Assembly (NCBI GenBank): GCA_029780855.1
Contig: JAKOXV010000003.1
Location: 20,953 to 84,952, forward strand
DNA from: a bacterium
Lineage (GTDB): Bacteria > Patescibacteriota > Saccharimonadia > Saccharimonadales > JAUPVS01
Reading direction: 5' to 3'
Length of the DNA stretch: 64,000 nucleotides
In this document: piece after piece, positions 1 through 9,553 of the stretch
How positions within the stretch are numbered: the first letter of the stretch is position 1
Layout: the number at the start of each line of letters is the position of its first letter
The notes under the pieces: generated by a model
Databases searched by the model: none
Told to the model about the DNA's origin: nothing
Seen by the model: only the letters and a program-made list of their open reading frames with translations
Program-made: the position numbers and the translations under genes

Positions 1-132
1 CTAACCTTCCTTTCAAAGCTAGAGCAGAGCCGCCGCACCGCACAGGTAAAAACTATCACTATCCAGCCTTCACCACAGGATCGCAGTAAACTAACCTTTT
101 CAGTAGTATTAAACGTATATATAAAACCATGA
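1..132 (+). CDS. 3' end of an upstream gene (partial, hypothetical; possibly pilus-assembly context)
   Basis: Frame-1 ORF is open from the window edge and ends at TGA 130-132, overlapping the next ATG (ATGA). Tail reads ...VKTITIQPSPQDRSKLTFSVVLNVYIKP. Function not recognisable. Confidence 0.4.
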   Translation, partial: LTFLSKLEQSRRTAQVKTITIQPSPQDRSKLTFSVVLNVYIKP

Positions 133-428
133 AACAGCAACTATCAAACCTAAAAATTAAATTGAACCATTTTTTGGTACTTGCCAAGAAGTATCGGGCG
201 TTTATTTTTCTGATTCTCGTACTGGCAAGTTACGCATTTTTAATTCTTCGCATTAACCTTTTAACCCAAAGTGAACCCTCTGCAGTGTCAGTTAGCGACA
301 AGCAAAAAGTGATTCCGCGTTTAAAGATTGATCAAACAGCCGTTAATAAGATTTTGCAACTAGAAGACCAAAACGTGGAAGTAAAAGCTCTGTTTGAAAA
401 AGCCCGGAATAATCCATTTGCAGAATAG
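129..428 (+). CDS. small single-pass membrane protein, hypothetical
   Basis: 99-aa ORF with one hydrophobic helix (AFIFLILVLASYAFLIL). Start is coupled to the previous stop. Confidence 0.5.
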   Translation: MKQQLSNLKIKLNHFLVLAKKYRAFIFLILVLASYAFLILRINLLTQSEPSAVSVSDKQKVIPRLKIDQTAVNKILQLEDQNVEVKALFEKARNNPFAE

Positions 429-1019
429 TTAGTTACCGTACTGGTGTATGTACTCTTCGTGCGCTGAAATTATAGCCTTGCTGGCTATGTAGGGGTTTGG
501 CGCAAAGGAAAAGATGTAGTTATCTTGCTCGCCGGAGGTTTCAATTACAATCGTTCCGTAATTGAAAAGACGGGGGAATATACCTACTTGCGTAACCGTC
601 ACATCCTGAATATCACCGATGTTTAGCTGGGATATTTTGCGGTTAAATAAGCTGGGATATAAAAACTGTGCAATTTTTTCTGAAGTAAGCAGCAGAACAT
701 TGTTTGTGTAAAGATAGGCTGCAATACCCGTTGCTATCAGACTAAACAGCACTAGCAAAAATCCCACCAAAACCAAAAGTGGCTTAACACTGGTTAGGTC
801 TACTCCAATGCCTAACGCGTCACCATTAGAATAGGCTACTGCCCCCATGGAAAGCGCTAATAGCACTAAACTAACGAACGATCCTCCAAAGTAGATTCCG
901 AACAAACCAAAGCGATGTTTACGGACTTCATACAGTAAGCTTTCTTTAGAATCAAATTCGATACATTCAAATAGTTTTTGGCCAACGGCCGATAGATTTT
1001 CTTTTTGCATCCTGACCAT
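429..1019 (-). CDS. membrane protein with bacterial PH-like (YdbS/YdbT bPH_2-type) domain
   Basis: 196 aa. Two TM helices are followed by ...LLLTSEKIAQ...ISQLNIGDIQDVTVTQVGIFPRLFNYGTIVIETSG, a layout typical of bPH_2 proteins. Confidence 0.55.
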   Translation of the reverse strand: MVRMQKENLSAVGQKLFECIEFDSKESLLYEVRKHRFGLFGIYFGGSFVSLVLLALSMGAVAYSNGDALGIGVDLTSVKPLLVLVGFLLVLFSLIATGIAAYLYTNNVLLLTSEKIAQFLYPSLFNRKISQLNIGDIQDVTVTQVGIFPRLFNYGTIVIETSGEQDNYIFSFAPNPYIASKAIISAHEEYIHQYGN

Positions 1020-1067
1020 TATATCAGGGTATTTCTTTCCCTGTGGTATTTCTGTACAATAACGGTT

Positions 1068-1460
1068 ATGCTACATCGAAACAAGCAGGGATTTACCATG
1101 CTTGAACTCCTCATATCTATTGCGGTGATAGGGTTAGTCATTCCGGCACTATCACTTGGAGTAAAAAGTCTCATTGTCCTGAACAACCGAGCCCGTGATC
1201 TGGCGATATCTAATACAATTGCCGAAAATAAGACGGAAGAGCTCCGAAGTAGTGGCTTTAATAGCCTCACGCCAGGCACCTATTCATTCACCAATGAGCT
1301 ACCAACTGAGCTGTCAAACCCCAAATCGGCCAGCTACACCATTACCAATCCATCGGCTGGTATCATCAACATCACGATCAACATCAACTACTGGGACTAC
1401 TCACACACCCGTACACAGACCTATAAAACTATCGTATCTGAGCTTGGGGTTGGCCAATGA
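1068..1460 (+). CDS. type IV pilin-like minor pilin (prepilin N-terminal cleavage/methylation motif)
   Basis: Start trimmed to ATG 1068, giving MLHRNKQG|FTMLELLISIAVIGLV, a class III signal with Glu5. The tracked ORF from 1005 adds an implausible extension. Confidence 0.8.
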   Translation: MLHRNKQGFTMLELLISIAVIGLVIPALSLGVKSLIVLNNRARDLAISNTIAENKTEELRSSGFNSLTPGTYSFTNELPTELSNPKSASYTITNPSAGIINITININYWDYSHTRTQTYKTIVSELGVGQ

Positions 1461-2119
1461 TATCCGTCAAACAGAGCAAAGGCTTTACGATTGTAGAATT
1501 GCTCTTAGCGGTGGCTATTTCCTCAATCATAGTAACCGTACTGTTATCGTTAACGCTCACCTACTTCAGCAGTGCTGTACGTAGCCAAACTACTGCGCAG
1601 TTACAGATAGAGTCCCACTATGTTCTCAGAAGTATCATCGAAGATATACGTCTTGCCGATGGCATTGCAAGCACCTCTGCGATAACCGACTCTAGTAAAC
1701 CGAGCGGATGGACAACCAGCAGTACTGGTAATGTGATTGTTATCGAATCCCCTACGGTGGACTCAAGCCATAATGTAATTTACGACCCTCTCACTGGGTA
1801 TCCCTACAAAAATGAGCTCATATACTACATGACGGGAAATCAGCTCTATAAAAGAACTCTCAAGAATACTGCCGCATCAGGCAATATCGCCGTAACCTCT
1901 TGCCCCCCAGCATCAAGTTCTTCCTCTTGCCCAGCCGACAAACACTACACTGATTACATCACCGACTTATCATATACCTATTACGACACCGACGATGCAG
2001 TAACAACTGACCCAACGCTTGCTCGATCAGTGAAAGTTGGCGTTACTATGGCGAGAAAATCCTTTGGAAAGACAGTTACATATAACGATTCAATCCAAGC
2101 AACATTAAGGAACTACTAA
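1457..2119 (+). CDS. type IV minor pilin (PilW-like)
   Basis: MISVKQSKG|FTIVELLLAVAISSIIV. The ATG overlaps the previous stop by 4 nt. Confidence 0.8.
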   Translation: MISVKQSKGFTIVELLLAVAISSIIVTVLLSLTLTYFSSAVRSQTTAQLQIESHYVLRSIIEDIRLADGIASTSAITDSSKPSGWTTSSTGNVIVIESPTVDSSHNVIYDPLTGYPYKNELIYYMTGNQLYKRTLKNTAASGNIAVTSCPPASSSSSCPADKHYTDYITDLSYTYYDTDDAVTTDPTLARSVKVGVTMARKSFGKTVTYNDSIQATLRNY

Positions 2120-2120
2120 C

Positions 2121-3503
2121 ATGAAAAACTACAAGAATAACAGCAAGGGATTCGTACTACCGGTACTCATTTTTACCGTAACAATTATTATGATATTGAT
2201 TGCTACTGCTGCTAGCTTATCGCTAGCGAGCTACAGCCAGGCATCCCACGATACGTACCGCGTTGATGCACAACTCACCGCCGACGCCGGGATTGATGCC
2301 GCCATAAACTCACTGAACACCGATACCAGTTGGACAGGTACCACGGGCGAAGTAGAGTTAATGAATGCCAATAATATCAGAACAACCTACCAAACGTCGG
2401 TTCTTGCAGGTTCCTCATCCGATAGAAAAGTTATTGCTGTTACAAGCCGCAGTTACTCACCTGCAAATTCAACGACACCTAAACTTACCCGGAAATATGA
2501 AGTCGATATACAAGCAGTGACATCCGGTACAATGGGCCCGTCTTCAGTGGTAAGTGGTGTTGGGGGTCTCTATATGACCAACAACTCCAAGATTACCGGT
2601 GGAGACGTTGTCGTAAACGGTACCGTATACATGTCAAACCAGTCCCAGATCGGCACACAGAGCAATGCGGTAAATGTCCGTGTGGCTGATCAGAACTGTC
2701 CCCAACCGCCAGACAGCACATTCCCCCAGGTATGTACGGGAGGTAGCCAGCCAATTACTATGAATAACAACTCTAAAATCTACGGCCAGGTCTATGCTAA
2801 CAATCAAACAACCGGGACAAACATGTATAATCCTGGCCTGGTTGTAGGACAGACCGTTACGCCCTTCACCTTACCAGCATTCGATCGATCCAGCTTTACG
2901 GTAACTAAAACGGTCAGCTCAAACGACCCCTCAGTAACTTGTGGGAATAACGGTAACCTTACCTGGCAGGCAGGGCTCAAAATAACCGGCAACGTGAATC
3001 TTGGTAACAACTGCAAGGTAACAATCAACGGCGACGTCTGGATTACCGGCACCCTTACCACAGGAAACAATGGGCGAATTGTTGTAGCCGACGGCGTGGG
3101 CACCACTCGACCACTTATCATGGTAGACGGTAGTTCCGGCTTTACGTTAGCGAATAATGGCACCATTCAACCTAACGCCAGCGGAACTGGTATAGAAATG
3201 CGTACGTTCTGGAGCACTGCCACTTGTTCGCCAGACTGTTCTAATGTGACCGGTGTTGACCTTGCAAATAGCAAAGGTCATACCACCATCAACCTCGGCA
3301 ACAACGGAAATGCACCGAACAGCGTATTCATTGCCCAATGGTCGCAAGTATACATTTCCAACAACGGCCAACTCGGAGCTGTCGCCGGCCAAACGATCTA
3401 CATGAGCAACCAGGCCATTATTAACTTTACTGCGTCTGTTCCCGGCAGTGACAACCTCACCCAAACATGGGTAAAGCGCGGCTACATGCGCGTATTTAAC
3501 TAG
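2121..3503 (+). CDS. large PilX-N-like pseudopilin with Asn-rich repeat region
   Basis: [10 protein letters not shown]|[10 protein letters not shown] lacks Glu5. This is followed by [17 protein letters not shown], which is PilX_N-like. The C-terminal two thirds carry repeated NNSKIxG / GNNG segments. Confidence 0.65.
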   Translation: MKNYKNNSKGFVLPVLIFTVTIIMILIATAASLSLASYSQASHDTYRVDAQLTADAGIDAAINSLNTDTSWTGTTGEVELMNANNIRTTYQTSVLAGSSSDRKVIAVTSRSYSPANSTTPKLTRKYEVDIQAVTSGTMGPSSVVSGVGGLYMTNNSKITGGDVVVNGTVYMSNQSQIGTQSNAVNVRVADQNCPQPPDSTFPQVCTGGSQPITMNNNSKIYGQVYANNQTTGTNMYNPGLVVGQTVTPFTLPAFDRSSFTVTKTVSSNDPSVTCGNNGNLTWQAGLKITGNVNLGNNCKVTINGDVWITGTLTTGNNGRIVVADGVGTTRPLIMVDGSSGFTLANNGTIQPNASGTGIEMRTFWSTATCSPDCSNVTGVDLANSKGHTTINLGNNGNAPNSVFIAQWSQVYISNNGQLGAVAGQTIYMSNQAIINFTASVPGSDNLTQTWVKRGYMRVFN

Positions 3504-4531
3504 ACTAGTTCAGTCTGAGAATCTTCAACTGCTGGTGATTTTCGCTTCAGATGCGTATACGCTTTCGGTGTGACCCTACGGCCCCGGGGCGTTCGTTCCA
3601 GCAACCCAACCTGCATGAGGTATGGTTCATAAAAATCTTCAATGGTACTGCGTTCCTCTGCCGTCAACGCCGCTAAGGTTTCTACACCAACTGGTCCGCC
3701 TTTATAGTTTTCAATGATTGCGTTCAGTAGCATTCGATCACCCGGATCAAGTCCCAGATCATCAATCTCTAGAAGCGCAAGAGCTTGGTGACTAATAGTT
3801 GTATCAATGATTCCGTCGCCGTTTACATCGGCGTAGTCACGTACGCGCTTGAGTAAACGGTTGGCGATACGTGGCGTCAACCGGGCGCGCTTAGCTAGTT
3901 CTGCAGCAGCTTTTTGGTCAATTTTTATTTTCAATATTTTTGCTGCACGCTCAACAATTTTTGCAACCTCACTAGGAGAATAAAATTCGAGCCGATGCAT
4001 CATACCAAACCGGTCACGAAGCGGTGCCGCGAGTGATCCCGTACGGGTTGTGGCCCCGATGATAGTGAACTTAGGAAGATCAAGCCGCATACTACGCGCA
4101 CTAGGACCTTTGCCAAGCATAATATCGAGCTTGTAGTCTTCCATAGCGCTATATAAAACTTCCTCTACCGTCCTATGTAAGCGGTGGATTTCATCAATAA
4201 ATAAGATATCACCGTCCTGGAGGTTAGTTAATAAACTTGCCAAGTCACCGGCGCGCTCAATCGCCGGGCCAGAAGTAATCCTGATATTGGCGCCCATCTC
4301 GTGCGCTATTACACTGGCCATGGTTGTTTTTCCCAAACCGGGAGGTCCATAAAGTAGAATGTGATCAAGTGGTTCGCCGCGTTTTTTTGCAGCCGTTATC
4401 GCCAATTGCAAATTCTGCTTTAGGCGCTCCTGTCCAATATAGTTAGAAAAGTCCTTTGGTCTGAGTGTAATTTCAAGCTCAATCTCTGCAGGATCGTCAT
4501 TACTGGTAGTTACAATTCTTTCGATAGCCAT
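3500..4531 (-). CDS. ruvB: Holliday junction branch migration helicase RuvB
   Basis: Walker [18 protein letters not shown], and RuvB-wide similarity visible over the full length. Confidence 0.97.
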   Translation of the reverse strand: MAIERIVTTSNDDPAEIELEITLRPKDFSNYIGQERLKQNLQLAITAAKKRGEPLDHILLYGPPGLGKTTMASVIAHEMGANIRITSGPAIERAGDLASLLTNLQDGDILFIDEIHRLHRTVEEVLYSAMEDYKLDIMLGKGPSARSMRLDLPKFTIIGATTRTGSLAAPLRDRFGMMHRLEFYSPSEVAKIVERAAKILKIKIDQKAAAELAKRARLTPRIANRLLKRVRDYADVNGDGIIDTTISHQALALLEIDDLGLDPGDRMLLNAIIENYKGGPVGVETLAALTAEERSTIEDFYEPYLMQVGLLERTPRGRRVTPKAYTHLKRKSPAVEDSQTELV

Positions 4532-4534
4532 CGC

Positions 4535-5119
4535 TTATGCTCCTGCCTTTAGGGCCAGTCGAACCCGCTCTTCTATTGGCTTGTCTTTATCAATTTTTGA
4601 AAGCACTGATGCCGCATCTTGTGGAGTAAATCCAAGCGACACAAGCGCCTCTACTGCTTCGTCCTTAATGAGTAATCCTTCAGCCGTCAGCATACCCGTA
4701 GTCCCAAGATCTACGCCGTCTAAACCAACCGTGTCTTTAAGCTCAACTATTACTCTCTCCGCAACGCGCTTACCAACCCCACCAGCCCGCTGAATGAATT
4801 TAGTGTCACCACCAGCAATTGCCACTCTTACATCACTCGTAGACCCCACGCTAAGAATACTGAGCGCCATTTTTGGGCCCACTCCATTTACATTCAAAAG
4901 TTGCTCAAAAAGATTTTTTGCGTCTAAATTGCAAAAACCAAAAAGGTCGTGACTGCTCTCACGGATATGTTCATGGATGTACACTTTTGTGCGTTCACCT
5001 ACCTGCAATGAACCGTAATCTTCAGCAGAAACTAGTACGCCATAGCCCACGCCCCTCACATCAAGAACAATGGTTTCCCCAAGTTTCTCACCTACTATAC
5101 CCTCAAGTGTTGCAATCAT
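4535..5119 (-). CDS. ruvA: Holliday junction DNA-binding protein RuvA
   Basis: MIATLEGIV... OB fold plus HhH (LLNVNGVGPKMAL), sitting between ruvB and ruvC. Confidence 0.95.
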   Translation of the reverse strand: MIATLEGIVGEKLGETIVLDVRGVGYGVLVSAEDYGSLQVGERTKVYIHEHIRESSHDLFGFCNLDAKNLFEQLLNVNGVGPKMALSILSVGSTSDVRVAIAGGDTKFIQRAGGVGKRVAERVIVELKDTVGLDGVDLGTTGMLTAEGLLIKDEAVEALVSLGFTPQDAASVLSKIDKDKPIEERVRLALKAGA

Positions 5120-5146
5120 CCACTTTATTATACGTTAATCGACTCT

Positions 5147-5626
5147 TTAGGCGAAGTTTGCGCTCATGCTATGACAGATAGCCGCAGCCAGTGCATCAGC
5201 GGCATCATCCGGTTTTGGAACTTCCTCGAGTTTCAGAATAATCCTTACCATTTCCTGCATCTGTTTTTTATCGGCTTTTCCATACCCGGTAATCGCCTGT
5301 TTTATCTGCATTGGTGTGTATTCGAATAACGAGAGTTTGTGTTGCTTACCGCATAGTAGTACCACACCCCTAGCCTGCGCCACGCTCATGGCGGTGGTAA
5401 CATTACGGGCAAAAAACAGCTTTTCCACCGACATTACCTCCGGCTTGTGTTCAGAAATAATTTCATGCAATTCGTCATATATCGTGTTAAGCCGGTCACT
5501 ATCAGCCTGTTTTACCGGCGTGCGTATTACCCCAGCATCGACTAGTGCGACTTGTCCACGAGCATCAGTATCAATCAAACCAAAACCAAGAATGCCAGTG
5601 CCCGGGTCAATGCCAAGAATCCTCAT
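5147..5626 (-). CDS. ruvC: crossover junction endodeoxyribonuclease RuvC
   Basis: MRILGIDPGTGILGFG...; C-terminal DAADALAAAICH. Confidence 0.95.
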   Translation of the reverse strand: MRILGIDPGTGILGFGLIDTDARGQVALVDAGVIRTPVKQADSDRLNTIYDELHEIISEHKPEVMSVEKLFFARNVTTAMSVAQARGVVLLCGKQHKLSLFEYTPMQIKQAITGYGKADKKQMQEMVRIILKLEEVPKPDDAADALAAAICHSMSANFA

Positions 5627-5652
5627 ACCTCAAGCGTAGCACACGCTACACA

Positions 5653-7248
5653 TTACTTCTTGAGTTTTCCGTTCTTAGATACTACCCGATGATAAAAATT
5701 AGCTAGATCATACCGATATTCATAGGCCGCATAGACTCCGGCCAAACCGAGCACGAACAGTAATACGGGCAGGTTCTGGGATGATTTTTGTATAGTTTTC
5801 GCAGCATTTCCGTTCGCTGAAGCAGTACTTATTAAAGTAGAGCTTTTACGACAGCGATTAGTTTCGGCATTTCGTTCCTGACCAGCAGGACAGTCCTTTA
5901 AGATACTCTCAGCAAGCACCGATGTTTTTCGGCAACGATTGGTGTCTGGATTACGCTCATATCCTTCTTTGCATGGCGTTAATGCAGTGGTCGAACTACC
6001 AATGTTCCGACAACGATTCGTCTGTAGATTGCGTTCTTGACCAGCACTACAGGCTACGAGTGAATCTGATTGTGTCTCTATATTTTTACATCGGTTAGTT
6101 TCTGGGCTTCGATACTTTCCGGCAGGACAGTCAGCATATTCAGTTTCCGCCTGCGTGACAGGTGCGGGATCCGGTGGAACATAAATGCTGTTAGGAGCGT
6201 TTGGGGTTGGTTCGTATGTAATTTGCCAAGTGCCTCCAAACATAGCCCACGCCTGTTCATCATCCGCACTTGGATACTGAATCTGCGTATCAGTTGAAGA
6301 TGTTGAGAATGTAATTTCATCACCACCGTTAACTAACTGTAATCCGGGCACATCGTGTGAGGTAAGTGCGCGGTACTCCCCGGGCTTCAAAACAATCGAA
6401 CCCGGTAGAGCAATTGTTTTGGATCCGTGTGAAATTACCACACTACATCCTTCAAGTGCTTGAGCTTTATCGCCAGAATTAAACAATTCTACATATTCGA
6501 TACCGCTATCACTTCCGAGTGGATTAGGTAACACTTCACTTAACTGAATATCTTGGCATGTATATGTTGTTTGAGGAGCAGCAGATCCTGATGTTTCCTC
6601 ACTTGGAGGGCTTGTATCGTTGGTTGTCGTTTCTCCAGAGCCAACGGATGTACAGGGCAAATTTTTTGGTGCACTGACCGTATTGATAAAAAAGTCCTTC
6701 TCGTTATTATCAGTGTCTCTCGGAAAACCATCTTCCTGAACGCAGCGGCGCAAAGATTCACCGTCCTTGGGAACTTTGGTCTGAGCAGCCTCATAACAAA
6801 CTGCTGGTTTAGAGTCGGTTCCCCAGCCTACCGTGTCCTGAATTATCCTTTCTTCTGTTTCGCTGCCCAGGCCAACAAGCCATACCGTTCCGCCTATATC
6901 ATCGTTCATTGAAATACTAACTAGTTTTCTGGCTTGAGACGCCACCGATCCTTCTAATGTGATCGTATTGGTACCAGAACCAAACACTGGGTTAATACAA
7001 TCTTCCGACACCCCTTGCTTATCATAAATAAGTTGCCAACCCGATACTGTAACCGCGATTGTATTAGGATTAAATAACTCAACAAACTCTTGGCTTTCAT
7101 CTGCTACGGTATTTCTTCCGTCTGTTTTTACTTCACTGATAATTAACGGTTGCTGACCAGTTGTTTCAGTAGCCGCATTTGCTACTGCGGGAAAGCTAGG
7201 AAACAATAATACAGCTAGCATTAAGCTGCTTATCAGCTTTTTTAGCAT
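5653..7248 (-). CDS. secreted, C-terminally membrane-anchored protein with two lamin-tail-like domains and Cys-pair repeats
   Basis: Signal peptide ...AVANA. LTD-like cores LIISEVKTDG...EFVELFNP...GWQL and IQLSEVLPNP...EYVELFNSG. Four CxxG..R....TNRC[KR] repeats. C-terminal TM LPVLLFVLGLAGVYAAY followed by a basic tail. Confidence 0.75.
   Translation of the reverse strand: MLKKLISSLMLAVLLFPSFPAVANAATETTGQQPLIISEVKTDGRNTVADESQEFVELFNPNTIAVTVSGWQLIYDKQGVSEDCINPVFGSGTNTITLEGSVASQARKLVSISMNDDIGGTVWLVGLGSETEERIIQDTVGWGTDSKPAVCYEAAQTKVPKDGESLRRCVQEDGFPRDTDNNEKDFFINTVSAPKNLPCTSVGSGETTTNDTSPPSEETSGSAAPQTTYTCQDIQLSEVLPNPLGSDSGIEYVELFNSGDKAQALEGCSVVISHGSKTIALPGSIVLKPGEYRALTSHDVPGLQLVNGGDEITFSTSSTDTQIQYPSADDEQAWAMFGGTWQITYEPTPNAPNSIYVPPDPAPVTQAETEYADCPAGKYRSPETNRCKNIETQSDSLVACSAGQERNLQTNRCRNIGSSTTALTPCKEGYERNPDTNRCRKTSVLAESILKDCPAGQERNAETNRCRKSSTLISTASANGNAAKTIQKSSQNLPVLLFVLGLAGVYAAYEYRYDLANFYHRVVSKNGKLKK
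5845..6129 (-). repeat. four tandem ~26-aa (about 78-bp) Cys-pair repeats inside the LTD gene
   Basis: CPAGKYRSPETNRCKN / CSAGQERNLQTNRCRN / CKEGYERNPDTNRCRK / CPAGQERNAETNRCRK at residues 374-468. Confidence 0.85.
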
Positions 7249-7295
7249 AAGCTCATAATAAGCAATTTGTTGTAAAAAACAAAATGATACGAAAT

Positions 7296-8027
7296 TTATA
7301 CTTCTATAGAATCGGCGAACTCAAAGTTGACATGAGTGTTGGTTACGTCGTCGAGTTCATCGAGGGCATCCATCAGGCGCATTATCTTACCGGCCGTCGC
7401 TTCATCAGTGATTTCAATGGTATTGTTGGGCACAAAGGTAAGTTCTGCTTCAGTTATTTCAATTCCCGATTCTTTGAGACTATCACGCACCTTAGCAAGT
7501 TCTTTTGCGTCAGTATAAATAACTGATTCGTTATCTTCTTCTTGCACATCTTCGGCGCCAGCTTCAATAGCAGCGAGCATCAAATCATCTCCAGTTTGCT
7601 TTACACGGATCATTCCTTTTTGATCAAACTGGAAAGCAACCGCACCTTTTTCCGCAATGTTTCCCCCATGTTTGCTAAACGCAAGACGTACTTCGGGATA
7701 GGTACGGTTAAGATTATCTGTAGCACACTCAACGATTATTGCGACACCTCCAGGCCCATAGCCTTCATAGAGTACTTCCTGGATTTGATCACCGCCCAGT
7801 TTACCACTTCCACGATCAATGGAACGCTGAATGTTTGTCATTGGCATATTTGAAGCTTTAGCCTTATCAATAGCCAATCGAAGCGCAAAATTCATATCGG
7901 GGTCATCCCCGGCACGAGCAGCAATAGCAATAGCATTACCTAATTTAGTAAACAACGCGCCACGGGCGGCATCCTTTGCGCCCTTTTGACGTTTAATAGT
8001 TGACCACTTACTATGACCTGACATCAA
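7296..8027 (-). CDS. yebC: YebC/PmpR family DNA-binding regulator
   Basis: MSGHSKWSTIKRQKGAKDAARG... is the canonical family N-terminus. Confidence 0.95.
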   Translation of the reverse strand: MMSGHSKWSTIKRQKGAKDAARGALFTKLGNAIAIAARAGDDPDMNFALRLAIDKAKASNMPMTNIQRSIDRGSGKLGGDQIQEVLYEGYGPGGVAIIVECATDNLNRTYPEVRLAFSKHGGNIAEKGAVAFQFDQKGMIRVKQTGDDLMLAAIEAGAEDVQEEDNESVIYTDAKELAKVRDSLKESGIEITEAELTFVPNNTIEITDEATAGKIMRLMDALDELDDVTNTHVNFEFADSIEV

Positions 8028-9477
8028 AACTCCTTATTCTATCTGTTACTGTAACATTTTTGCGTACAAATTTAAACCAGAGACCGCTTACAGCAAAGGC
8101 TATAATTGCATACAAAGCCAAGGCATACCTTAGATCAATTGACTGATTAGCTAAAGCGTGCGGAATTTTACTAAGCAATGCCGTAATATCAAGCATGTAG
8201 GTAAGCAATAGCCTCGCCGGCCAAGCAAACCAGCCGCTTAACATAGGCACTACAATGCCCGCAATGCCCGCAATTAAAGTCAGTAGCATTGCAATAGGCA
8301 CCATAGGAACCACCAGGACATTAGCAAACAAACCAATTAATGATATACGGCCAAAAATAAACATAATTATTGGAATAGTCATCAGCTGTGCTGCCAAGGT
8401 TTCCGCTAGAACCAACAATAGTAGCTTTGGTTCATTGCGGCGGGAAAGCATAGCGACAAGCACGGGAGCAATCACCAATACTCCAAAAAATGCAAGGAAC
8501 GATAAGTACCATCCGATATCGGACCAGAGATAAAACGGGTTCCATATCGCAGTTATGGCAGCGGCCATAAGTATTAGCAAGACGGGGCGGAACGCACGTC
8601 CGTAGTACCATGCCACAAGACTGAGCGAACTTACTATTGCCGCTCGTACGATCGATGCACTAAATCCGGTCAACAGGACAAAGCCAACAATAAGCCCAAA
8701 AGAAATTGCCGTACCTTGATATTTAGATTTTTTGCCTAGAAGTCGCCGCGAAACTTCAATAATTATGGTCAGATTATACCCCGATACTGCCACTAAATGA
8801 GTAAGTCCGGTCATTGAAAGTTGCTCGTTGGTTTCTTTTGGTAGCGTTGACCGCTGACCGATAAGGAGTCCAGCCCCAAATGAGGCTTGGGGTTCTGGTA
8901 ACGTTGATTCGAGGGCTGCAATAAATCGCCTGCGCAACGAGTCAATTGGCGAAGCACTACGCGAAATTACCGTAATCTGTGCATAGCTAACACGAGCTTG
9001 CGCTGAGCCTTTTGTAGAAGATAGTTTTCCAACTATTTTCAACGTATCGCCCTTATACACCATATTTTCACCAAATCCCGATAGTGAAACTTTGCCAACA
9101 AGATCGACCCGGTATGGCTGCTGTACTTGGACGTGCTGAACGTCAAAGCTAAGCTGTGAATTATAGCCGTATACCGCGTCACTGCTAGCAACCGCCGTAA
9201 AAGTAATTTGTTTTTTATACAGACTCTTATACGTGTTCTCGTGATGTACATAAGTACCCCCTCGCTGCATTCCAATAAGTAACCCTGCAAGCAATAGTGC
9301 TGCCAACACTACTATGTTCCGTTTGCGAAAAAGCAGCAAAGTCCACGCACTCATTAGTACGGTAAACCATAGGTTCTCAAAATGGACCCAGCGCGCTATT
9401 CCCACTCCTGCAAGTATGCCGATACAGAAAAATATCCACAGAGTAGTGGTCTTATACCTGTGATTTTTCTGAAACAT
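8011..9477 (-). CDS. comEC: ComEC/Rec2 DNA internalisation channel (no metallo-beta-lactamase domain)
   Basis: Polytopic, 488 aa. The N-terminal OB-like region is followed by the competence domain (GLTHLVAVSGYNLTII). The protein ends right after the last TM, and no HxHxDH motif is seen. Confidence 0.85.
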   Translation of the reverse strand: MFQKNHRYKTTTLWIFFCIGILAGVGIARWVHFENLWFTVLMSAWTLLLFRKRNIVVLAALLLAGLLIGMQRGGTYVHHENTYKSLYKKQITFTAVASSDAVYGYNSQLSFDVQHVQVQQPYRVDLVGKVSLSGFGENMVYKGDTLKIVGKLSSTKGSAQARVSYAQITVISRSASPIDSLRRRFIAALESTLPEPQASFGAGLLIGQRSTLPKETNEQLSMTGLTHLVAVSGYNLTIIIEVSRRLLGKKSKYQGTAISFGLIVGFVLLTGFSASIVRAAIVSSLSLVAWYYGRAFRPVLLILMAAAITAIWNPFYLWSDIGWYLSFLAFFGVLVIAPVLVAMLSRRNEPKLLLLVLAETLAAQLMTIPIIMFIFGRISLIGLFANVLVVPMVPIAMLLTLIAGIAGIVVPMLSGWFAWPARLLLTYMLDITALLSKIPHALANQSIDLRYALALYAIIAFAVSGLWFKFVRKNVTVTDRIRSFDVRS

Positions 9478-9553
9478 ACCTCTTACTTTACAGTAGAGTG
9501 AATAATTTGCTCATGCTTGTGCTCGGCTAGTTGATTGCCTATGATTAGGGTCT

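Noticed and set aside
1005-1067. Upstream extension of the first pseudopilin ORF
   Set aside because: It would put 21 residues ahead of a normal short basic prepilin leader, and it overlaps the divergent gene's start region.
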